64,000 bases of DNA, taken from sequence record MW021758.1; one strand, 5' to 3'. The notes beneath the pieces were generated by a model that did no database searches, was not told the origin of the DNA, and saw only the letters and a list, made by a program, of their open reading frames with translations. A program made the position numbers and the translations under genes. Within the stretch, counting starts at the first letter, position 1; the number at the start of each line of letters is the position of its first letter. Below, one piece after another: positions 56,180 through 64,000 of this stretch.

Positions 56180-57118
56180 TTAAGCGCGTGGTGCGATATT
56201 CGCAGAGAACAACTGACGTGCGTTTTGAACGGCGTCGCGGCCTGAGCTGGTACCCACCGCGTCGGATGTCATCATCGGTTCGTTGGCACCCATTTCCAGA
56301 GTAATAACGAAACCGCGGTTATCGAAGGACATCTGACGATAAGTAGACAGGAAGGTCAGTACCTGGGCGCAGATAGCTTCAGTGATAGAGATAGCACCGC
56401 CGCCAGGACCAGGCGCCTGTACAACGCGTTTGAATGCCGATACCAATGCGATCTCAGAGATGATTGCGCGCTTCTCGTTACCGTACAGGATGCGAGATAC
56501 GTTGTTCAGCTCTTTAACGTCGTTGTCGTCGAACAGTACATCAGTAGTCAACGAAACGGTCAGAGTATCGGAGTTGGTAGTGACGGCTTCGTTGGTCGTC
56601 AGAGTTTTACGCTCAGGATACAGGTTGGAGTTGTTCGGCGTGTATTCGGTAGTGGTCGCAACGCCGTCTTTCACGGTAGTACGTTCCATACGCGGCTTCT
56701 TACCAGTCAGGTCGATGGCCTTGGCGTAGTAAGAGAAATAGTTGATCCCGTTGCGGTTCTCTGATTTACGAAGGCCGTACTTCTTACGCTCTTCTACAGA
56801 CAGGTCGTTAGACTCTTCACGCATGACAAACGGAATTATGTTGAACGGGGCGAAGTCACCGGCGGTATGTTCAGCTGGTTCGATAATAACTTCGCCATCG
56901 GAAGTAGGGACAACCCAGTGACCTTTGTCACCGATGCACCAGTAACCGAAGGTAGGCATTTCGTTAGATGCCAGCTTAGCATCTTCGTTAATACCCAGAC
57001 GCTGGTTGAGCGTCGTATAATCCAGAACTGTTAACGGGATACCTGCCAGCAAACACGTTTGCAGCATCCCACTAAGAACAGTGCGCGTAATCAAGTTGGT
57101 ATTAGTACTTGCGCTCAT
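56180..57118 (-). CDS. Baseplate/virion structural protein (312 aa)
   Basis: TLNQRLGI...PTFGYWCIGDKGH...PFVMR motif typical of phiKZ-like structural genes near the portal. Confidence 0.65.
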   Translation of the reverse strand: MSASTNTNLITRTVLSGMLQTCLLAGIPLTVLDYTTLNQRLGINEDAKLASNEMPTFGYWCIGDKGHWVVPTSDGEVIIEPAEHTAGDFAPFNIIPFVMREESNDLSVEERKKYGLRKSENRNGINYFSYYAKAIDLTGKKPRMERTTVKDGVATTTEYTPNNSNLYPERKTLTTNEAVTTNSDTLTVSLTTDVLFDDNDVKELNNVSRILYGNEKRAIISEIALVSAFKRVVQAPGPGGGAISITEAICAQVLTFLSTYRQMSFDNRGFVITLEMGANEPMMTSDAVGTSSGRDAVQNARQLFSANIAPRA

Positions 57119-57181
57119 TTTAAATCCTTAAAGCGATAGCTCTCTAGTGGAAAGCTAAATGAGGGGAAGGTGACATAAAAT

Positions 57182-57210
57182 AAGAGTCGGAGGGATGACC
57201 TCCGACTCTT
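57182..57210 (-). terminator. Stem-loop
   Basis: aagagtcggagg-gatga-cctccgactctt. Confidence 0.65.
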
Positions 57211-57220
57211 CGGTCAACTA

Positions 57221-57754
57221 TTACGCAGACGGTGCGTCAAAACCGCCCAGGTTCTCGCTGAAGGACTGGAGAGTCTGGTCGCCGGAAGTGATAGTGAATT
57301 CGCCGTTGAAGACTTTGTTGTCGGCTTTGATAGTGTAGACGTACGCTACAACTTCGCCTTCAGTTTTGTCTTCTTTGAACACGACGTCAGCAGCAACGAA
57401 TTTGTCCCAAACTGCTTTTACGCAGGTCAGGGCGAACGCGTCGCGGTTAGCCGGGGTCAGTGCGTCAGCAGACTTCAGGTTAACTGCTTTACGGGTCAGT
57501 TCAGAAGCGATGCTCAGACGATCGTAGTAGAACTCACGCGCGTCGCCTTTCAACAATTTACTGCCAGCCGCAGGGGTCAGACCGATAACGGTGTTACCAT
57601 CTTTCTCACCGGTGTTAGCGGCAGCAGGGGTGGTGACGGTGTAGTCGGTGGTCAGTTTGATTGTTTTCAGCTCTGGGATGGTAGTACCATTTACCAGGAG
57701 ACGAGTGAATTCATCATCGGCAGAGTTTGCCGGGTTAAACGCGATACGTGCCAT
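57221..57754 (-). CDS. Abundant virion structural protein (177 aa from MARIAF)
   Basis: Strong codon bias; AAGGA RBS; GNTVIGL...GDAREFYYDRLSI paralog motif; ends FSENLGGFDAP. Confidence 0.7.
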   Translation of the reverse strand: MARIAFNPANSADDEFTRLLVNGTTIPELKTIKLTTDYTVTTPAAANTGEKDGNTVIGLTPAAGSKLLKGDAREFYYDRLSIASELTRKAVNLKSADALTPANRDAFALTCVKAVWDKFVAADVVFKEDKTEGEVVAYVYTIKADNKVFNGEFTITSGDQTLQSFSENLGGFDAPSA

Positions 57755-57861
57755 CGGATAAATCCTTAAACAGGTTTTTAAAACATCCAGGGAAATGGAT
57801 GGTGGCAAAACGTTCTAAAGAAGAACATGCCTTCCATACTAAGCGAACAATAAAGCATAAG

Positions 57862-57884
57862 GCCTGCTGCATTTTGCAGCAGGC
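57862..57884 (-). terminator. Stem-loop
   Basis: gcctgctgca-ttt-tgcagcaggc. Confidence 0.55.
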
Positions 57885-57889
57885 TTCTA

Positions 57890-58729
57890 TTATGGCATGT
57901 TGTAATGCAGGATCAAGTGACCAGCGACGTTAGAGCAATACTCTTTATCCAGGTGGATAACCAAGCAGCGCTGATACGAAGTGTTCACGTATACCGGAGC
58001 CTGAGCAGTCGGGCCATTGTACCATACGTCAGCACCGTTAGCGTTCCACGGAGCAGGGGTAGGTTTCAGTACCCAGGTGTCTGGCGATTTACGGTTGAGG
58101 CTTTCCAGGAGTTCGCCTTGGATAGGATCGCCGTAACCAAACTGCTGAAGACCAGTGGCATCGTACGTGTAGTCATTGGCATACATGTACAGAGGACCTT
58201 GGATCTTCTCAGACTGGTTGGTAGGGTAAGCCAGGCCATCCAGGTCAGGGTTACGAATAACCGTCTCCAGAGCGATCTTAGGATCACCAATGGTAATCTC
58301 TAACTGACCAGTAAAAGCAGGACAGGTAGGTCGAACCACGATAACCGTTTTGGTCGGTAGAGTTGACAGGTTCAACACGCCGTCGTAAATATCGCCGGCG
58401 TCCAGCTGGAAGTTATAGTTACTGTTGATTTCTTTCAGTAAGTCAGATTTCTTGAACTTACCGTTAGGGGAACAGTAAACGCTGATCTCTTTAAAGATCT
58501 CGTTCAGTGCAGGACGGTTCCAGGTCAGGTTCTCTTGACCTTCACGGCCCATGCCAGGGATTGCTTTCAGAATACCTGCGGTGTTACGTAACGGGTCGCC
58601 ATTGGTGTTCTGGGTAAAGTTCGTTAACCTTACTTGATCTTCTGAGAAGTCCGCTTCCGGGTTAGCTTCTTTGATCAAGTCAAAGACTAATCGGTTAGTG
58701 GGCTTATTGTAGTAATTCGCGTTTGCCAT
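57890..58729 (-). CDS. Virion structural protein, same paralog family (279 aa)
   Basis: RNTAGILKAIPGMGREGQENLTWNRPAL...CPAFTGQLEI; IRNPDLDGLAYP; LILHYN C-terminus. Confidence 0.7.
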   Translation of the reverse strand: MANANYYNKPTNRLVFDLIKEANPEADFSEDQVRLTNFTQNTNGDPLRNTAGILKAIPGMGREGQENLTWNRPALNEIFKEISVYCSPNGKFKKSDLLKEINSNYNFQLDAGDIYDGVLNLSTLPTKTVIVVRPTCPAFTGQLEITIGDPKIALETVIRNPDLDGLAYPTNQSEKIQGPLYMYANDYTYDATGLQQFGYGDPIQGELLESLNRKSPDTWVLKPTPAPWNANGADVWYNGPTAQAPVYVNTSYQRCLVIHLDKEYCSNVAGHLILHYNMP

Positions 58730-58795
58730 TGTTGACTCCGATAGGCGTTACATTAGCTGAAATATTAACATAACAACCATCCTTGGTCGTTAAGA

Positions 58796-61366
58796 TTACT
58801 CGCCAAACAAAGCAGAGAAATCGTAAGGTGCTTTTGGTTCGCTATCAGGCGAATCGAAGCCAGGAAGTTCTTCCTCTATATTGAAGAGGTCAAACTCAGG
58901 TTCAATGTACCCAACGAAGCCACCCAGATTCTCATCGAAACCATCAGTCAACGTAGTTGGTTTAAATGGTTCAGGTGGATCGAAACCTTCGAGACGTTCT
59001 TTAAAGTCTTCCAACTCGTAAGGAACGATAGGCTCTAACCACAGACCTGGGAGTGGTTTATTGCCAATGACCAATTTCTCTGGGCCAGGGATAACATTCG
59101 TCCACAGCCCTTCAATATCGGTTTTGGTAATCTCGTTAGGTAAGTACTCATCTTCACGAGGTACGTGTACCCACAACCCAGGTAGCCTTGGGTTAGTGAT
59201 GACTTCGTTAATTGGACGAGCGGTTGCCAGATAAAGCCACAGGCCATCAAGATCATGCTTACTGATCTCAAGACCGATATCTTTAGCAAGCGAACCTTTG
59301 AACCTAACCTCAGCGATCTCAATCTGGTGACGAGTAGCAACATGGGTATCTGGCAGGAAGTTCACGGACGAGAACACACGGTAGAAGTGCGGTGCATGAA
59401 TATACTTCGAGCCAATCTCAATCCCTTCAAATGCAGACTTGTCAGGAGAGAGTTTACCACGTTGGTACTGGTTAATGATTTCAACGCGTTGGTCAATTTT
59501 AAAGTCGGCGCTAGGACGAGACTCGATGCCACCGAAACGAATCGCCAAGTTATCAACAATGATGTTTGGAGATGCGTTAGTTTTGTGGACGTACTGTACA
59601 GAGTAACTGGACAGCTGAGTCATGATCGCTATCATGGCGCTGTGTACATCGGACACCGATATCGTTGAGCGCAGGTTAGCACCCGTTGCAACTTCTATTA
59701 GCTGGAAACAGAAATCGGAATACGCTTCTGGAGAACTCAACTCCATATCCCAGTTCTTGGTGTGGAACCAGTCTGCGTATTTAATCGGTGTGGCTGACAA
59801 CTGACATTTCTTGTTGATGTAAAAGCGATTGGTCATCACTTCCATTTGGCCACGAGCACGGAAGTCTTGCTGACGCGTGTACATGACACGATGGGCGTTA
59901 ATGTTACTTTGAATCTGAGCTACAGTGTTGTAGAACGCTTCAGTCGAGATAATAGTAGACACCGGAGTATGCTCAGTCAGAGCCATCAGGATAGCCGCTT
60001 CACTGACATACTTAGGTTCGCACACACCACGCAGTTCAGAGAACTCAGGAGCTGCTAGACGTTGCACAAACCAGGCTGTCAGATCAGGGACGTCTTCCAG
60101 TACCATTTCAAACTGACGCATCGCACAGTAGACCCAAAGGATCAAGGCTTCCCTTACCGTCATCGACATGGCTTCTTGCGTAGCCGGGTTAGGGATAGTG
60201 ATGTTCGCTACGTAACGACCTTCAGTCGCCAGATAGATCCACTCACCCATTAACGTATCAACAAACTTGTGCGGTACAGAATCTGAACGGTCAATCATGA
60301 CCGACTCGAGTACCTTAGTAGGTAGCTCACCGGTAATGGCGTTAGCGACTCGAATAGGAACATCGATTTTCTGCTTGGCCAGATACTTATCGTTATCCTT
60401 AGCCGAGTTAACTTCGTTATCCAGAGCCTCCCCAATTGAGATTCGTTCGATACCTTGAACGGACTCTGCCAGGTAGTTCTTAGGATCCTTAGCTACTTCC
60501 CCTTCAGGGAGAATGGACTCAGGAACATCCTTCGAGTTATGGCGCAGGAAATAAGCTGTCAGCGGGATGTTACGGGCGGTCAGGATATTAAGGATAAGAT
60601 CATCAAAGGTAGTCGTTTTACCGGCGTGGTTATCGATGTAGCGAATATTACGGTACAACCACAACGCCTGGGTAATGTTGACGTAATCCTTGTACGCATT
60701 CAGACGACCGTGTGAACCAAGGTACGCCCAAAGGTGATAGCTATGCACGTATTGAGTACGGCAATAGTTCTCACGAATGCTGATTATCTCACCAACCAGG
60801 TGAATAAATAAAGTCCCAAAAAACGTCGCCGGGTAATATTTTTGTACAGCTGCAGCAAATACTAGATACCAACGATACGTAAACCGGTAAATCCATTCTT
60901 GGAGATCCTGGATCAAATACGTTTCATTGGGATCAACCTCGTCACTATCGTAATAAAGGATAGTGAAGTCCTTGGCATCAATCGCCTTGTCAATATCCAC
61001 TGGCCATAAAACACCCCGAATTAACAATTCCTGTTCTGGGTATTGTTCTACAAGTTCATTGTAGTAACGGGAACCGTACTTATAGGCTGCTTTAGTAGCT
61101 CGGTGGATTAAGAGGTTATCATATGTGAAGTCAATCTCCTCCAAGGTGTCCAAGGAGGTCACTTTCATTTGCTGATTACTGACATGATACTTGCCAGCAA
61201 GGTTCATGTAGTAACGCCAAGTGGATGGAACATTAGGGTCAACGGTGTAACCTATTTCGGTTAAATAATTGTTGATCGCTACCGCACCGGCGTTGAACTT
61301 GATTGTCATCGTCTGCGCTAGACTCATTGCGCCATCAACGTACAATCGTTGCGTGGTATCCGCCAT
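58796..61366 (-). CDS. Baseplate wedge-like structural protein (phiKZ gp128-like by position) (856 aa)
   Basis: WRYYMNLAGKYH, VTSLDTLEEIDF, WLYRNIRYI motifs; divergent from the portal; acidic C-terminal LxG(L/F) repeats. Confidence 0.75.
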   Translation of the reverse strand: MADTTQRLYVDGAMSLAQTMTIKFNAGAVAINNYLTEIGYTVDPNVPSTWRYYMNLAGKYHVSNQQMKVTSLDTLEEIDFTYDNLLIHRATKAAYKYGSRYYNELVEQYPEQELLIRGVLWPVDIDKAIDAKDFTILYYDSDEVDPNETYLIQDLQEWIYRFTYRWYLVFAAAVQKYYPATFFGTLFIHLVGEIISIRENYCRTQYVHSYHLWAYLGSHGRLNAYKDYVNITQALWLYRNIRYIDNHAGKTTTFDDLILNILTARNIPLTAYFLRHNSKDVPESILPEGEVAKDPKNYLAESVQGIERISIGEALDNEVNSAKDNDKYLAKQKIDVPIRVANAITGELPTKVLESVMIDRSDSVPHKFVDTLMGEWIYLATEGRYVANITIPNPATQEAMSMTVREALILWVYCAMRQFEMVLEDVPDLTAWFVQRLAAPEFSELRGVCEPKYVSEAAILMALTEHTPVSTIISTEAFYNTVAQIQSNINAHRVMYTRQQDFRARGQMEVMTNRFYINKKCQLSATPIKYADWFHTKNWDMELSSPEAYSDFCFQLIEVATGANLRSTISVSDVHSAMIAIMTQLSSYSVQYVHKTNASPNIIVDNLAIRFGGIESRPSADFKIDQRVEIINQYQRGKLSPDKSAFEGIEIGSKYIHAPHFYRVFSSVNFLPDTHVATRHQIEIAEVRFKGSLAKDIGLEISKHDLDGLWLYLATARPINEVITNPRLPGLWVHVPREDEYLPNEITKTDIEGLWTNVIPGPEKLVIGNKPLPGLWLEPIVPYELEDFKERLEGFDPPEPFKPTTLTDGFDENLGGFVGYIEPEFDLFNIEEELPGFDSPDSEPKAPYDFSALFGE

Positions 61367-61419
61367 GCGGCCTCCTGTCTTTATGCGAACACATGAGAGA
61401 AATAAGGATTTGGTAAATC

Positions 61420-64000
61420 ATGATAATGAAGAAACCTACTCTTACCAGTAGTGGTCCCGATACGAGTGTTCGGAGTAAACCCACGAAATGGTTAGAAAAT
61501 ACGCCTGCTGCCACGTCTATCATGACGAAGATGGTACGTGACCATTTAACCGGTGATCATAGCCAGGGTGAAGGTGTTAAGGTACATAATGAGACTATTT
61601 TCGACCACATCGTCGGAAACCGTGCTCAGAAGAACTTGGATGCAGAAACTATCCTGCAGCTGAGTAGCGATTTGAAACTGATCAAACAAATGATCATTTC
61701 CACCACCCTTTCTCCTGTAGACATGTTCGACGGCGAGCTGGTCTTTAAAACAGAAGATTCAGAAATTCGTCCTACTATACTGAATGAAATCACGGAAGTT
61801 ATCCGCGAACATTTCGGTGATGGTGGTTATTACCCTCTCCGCGATAAACTGCCGGAGATCATCGGTGAAGCATTGTTCGACTACGGTGCTTGGATTGGCG
61901 TTATCGTTCCTGAAGCAGTAATCGACGATATCATCAACGACCGTACCTATAACGGCGTCTCTAACGAATCTGCTGCAATGACCGACGAAATGTACGCGGC
62001 CCACATTGCATCACAGTTTAAAGACGGTACGTTGAAACATACCGGTAAAGGTATCTTGGGCGACCCAGGTCTTACTGAAGAAGAAGCCAAGAAAGAGAAG
62101 CGACGTGAAGTCAGTACTCCTAGCATGGAAAACTTCTTCTGGAACCCAGCCGGTGACCGTGAAACGCCTACGCGTATCAACGACGCATGTACCATTACCG
62201 ATAACATTGCAGTTCTCGGTTTAGGTAAGGTTCGTGACCGGATCAACCAGAAGCGAATGAACCGTTCTTTCCGTTCGACTACTCGTATTTCCAACGAGTC
62301 CTTTAGCAGCGGTAACGGTCATATCAAGGAGATCCGCACCCTTGCCAACAGTCTCTATCGCGACAACGGTAGTGCGATGGAACGTGTTAAGGTAATGACA
62401 ACGGCGGCTGAAGCTTCTCGTTCTTCTATTGGTCACCCGCTGGTTATTAAAGTACCAAGTGAATCTTGTATTCCGTGCTTCCCTAAAGGTGAGCCTCGCA
62501 ACCACTTAGGTTACATTATTCTCCTGGATGAACTTGGTCACCCGTTGGATGTAACCGACGAGATCGCTCGTGCTGTTAAGAACGGTAACAATGGTCTTAA
62601 CGGCGACAGTCAGATGAACCAGACCTCTTCACTTATTCAACAGACTAAGATGTTGGGTTCCGGTCTTTGCTACGATGCCGATAAAACTAACGCCGCTGAG
62701 CGTGTGCGTATCTTCGACCAGGTTCTGGAAGAGAACGTACTTAACCGTATTAAAAACGGTTTGCTCGGCCGTAACGTTAAGTTGGGCTGGAACGAAGATA
62801 TCATGCGTCTGTTCCTGTTCCGTAAGTTTGCTAACCAACGTACCCATATGGTATTCGTACCTGTTGAGAACGTTGCGTACTTTGCATACGACTACGACAA
62901 GAACGGCATGGGTAAATCCTTGATGGATGACATCAAGCAAGTATCCGCTCTGCGTGCAATGACAACTTTTGCTAACTTCATGGCTGGGGTTAAGAACGCA
63001 GTTGGCCGTACTAAAGTTACCATGAACATTGACCCTCGTGACCCTGATCCGGACAAAGCGTATCACGTCATGATCGATGAATTCATGCGTCAACAGGCTG
63101 GCGGTACTCCAACAGACGTAACGTCTGCTGCTGAGATGTTCCGTGTTATTCGTTCCATGGGTGTGGTTATTGAAGTCCAAGGTAACCCGCGTATGCCTAA
63201 CACGACTGTCGATGTTTCTGAGTTCCAATCTCAACGTCAACAAATCGATCCAGAGTTCTCTCGTGAGTTGCAACGTCAGCAATACATGGGTCTGTTCGTA
63301 ACACCAGAAATGGTGGACATGACTACCCAGGCAGACTTTGCTATCTCCCGCTGGACAACCAACCAGCTTTATGCAAAACGTATCATGATGATTCAGGATG
63401 ACACTTGCAAACACGGTAAGAAGTTTGTTAAGTCCTATACCTTGTCTGACGGTACGTTGGTTGGCCGTATCCAAGAGATCTTCCGTGAACACAACGACCA
63501 GCTCCCAGAAGAGTACCGTTGCAACGATATGGGTAACCCATACTCACTGCAATATACCGATGCCATTGAAGAGTTCTTCCGCGTCCTTTATCTGGAACTT
63601 CCTCGTCCTGAATCTAACCGGATCGAGAACCAGAAAGAAGAATACGACAAAGTCTCTCAATGGATTGATGACATGGTTGAGAACTACATCTCGCCAGAAC
63701 TCATCGGGCCTTCTCTGGGCGACGAAGACCAAGATAAGATCAATCACCTCAAAGCTAACGTGGCCGCTTACTTCAAACGTGAGTACCTGGCTAAGACGGG
63801 GATGGACTTTGGTCTGAGTGAACTGACTCGTGTAGGTAGCGAAGATAACCCTGCGATTGACTTCTCTAAAGAGCTGAATGCGCACATGGCTAACCTGGTA
63901 CATAACCTGGGTGACACCGCTGCAGTTATTCGTCAGCTCCGTGAGAACCGTTTGGAAGTTACGAAGGAAACTAACCCTGACTTGAGTCAAGCAATTGAAA
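61420..64000 (+). CDS. Portal protein (phiKZ gp129-like), truncated at the window end; absent from the ORF track
   Basis: Open frame from ATG 61420 (AAGGA RBS), translated by hand at several points: ILQLSSDLKLIKQMIISTTLSPVDM, ALFDYGAWIGVIVPEAVIDDIIN, KVPSESCIPCF, YIILLDELGHP, YFAYDYDKNGMGKSL. Confidence 0.85.
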   Translation, partial: MIMKKPTLTSSGPDTSVRSKPTKWLENTPAATSIMTKMVRDHLTGDHSQGEGVKVHNETIFDHIVGNRAQKNLDAETILQLSSDLKLIKQMIISTTLSPVDMFDGELVFKTEDSEIRPTILNEITEVIREHFGDGGYYPLRDKLPEIIGEALFDYGAWIGVIVPEAVIDDIINDRTYNGVSNESAAMTDEMYAAHIASQFKDGTLKHTGKGILGDPGLTEEEAKKEKRREVSTPSMENFFWNPAGDRETPTRINDACTITDNIAVLGLGKVRDRINQKRMNRSFRSTTRISNESFSSGNGHIKEIRTLANSLYRDNGSAMERVKVMTTAAEASRSSIGHPLVIKVPSESCIPCFPKGEPRNHLGYIILLDELGHPLDVTDEIARAVKNGNNGLNGDSQMNQTSSLIQQTKMLGSGLCYDADKTNAAERVRIFDQVLEENVLNRIKNGLLGRNVKLGWNEDIMRLFLFRKFANQRTHMVFVPVENVAYFAYDYDKNGMGKSLMDDIKQVSALRAMTTFANFMAGVKNAVGRTKVTMNIDPRDPDPDKAYHVMIDEFMRQQAGGTPTDVTSAAEMFRVIRSMGVVIEVQGNPRMPNTTVDVSEFQSQRQQIDPEFSRELQRQQYMGLFVTPEMVDMTTQADFAISRWTTNQLYAKRIMMIQDDTCKHGKKFVKSYTLSDGTLVGRIQEIFREHNDQLPEEYRCNDMGNPYSLQYTDAIEEFFRVLYLELPRPESNRIENQKEEYDKVSQWIDDMVENYISPELIGPSLGDEDQDKINHLKANVAAYFKREYLAKTGMDFGLSELTRVGSEDNPAIDFSKELNAHMANLVHNLGDTAAVIRQLRENRLEVTKETNPDLSQAIE

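Noticed and set aside
61335-61523. 62-aa minus-strand ORF between wedge and portal
   Set aside because: It overlaps the starts of both divergent essential genes; likely incidental.
1-64000. tRNA, rRNA, CRISPR arrays, integrase/att sites, diversity-generating retroelement
   Set aside because: No cloverleaf, regular repeat-spacer array, recombinase or reverse transcriptase was recognised by eye; a tRNAscan/CRISPR scan would be needed to exclude weak cases.

Overview
This window is a segment of a phiKZ-like (Chimalliviridae-type) jumbo myophage genome. It carries core head, tail and virion-RNA-polymerase genes: prohead protease, split virion RNAP beta/beta' subunits, tape measure with a lytic transglycosylase domain, baseplate hub/wedge/spike, tail fibres, a tailspike and the portal (truncated at the right edge). 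It also carries recombination and nucleotide genes: RecA/UvsX-like, RNase H, SbcC-like ATPase, RuvC-like resolvase and thymidylate kinase. The main finding is an ORF-less 424-nt group I intron (IA2-like, minus strand, 12073-12496) splitting the virion RNAP beta gene inside the conserved DD-x-x-R motif. The only junction that restores that motif requires a terminal A instead of the near-universal omega-G. Other notable items: a fully embedded Rz/Rz1-type spanin pair, two degenerate free-standing HNH genes, a near-identical 28-bp early-promoter element in two places, an ART-fold candidate between an RNAP subunit and the protease, and an LxG(L/F) repeat shared by four baseplate genes. Calls come from motif recognition and gene order only; no searches or folding programs were run, and phiKZ/SPN3US gene equivalences are from memory. 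No tRNA, rRNA or CRISPR array was seen.
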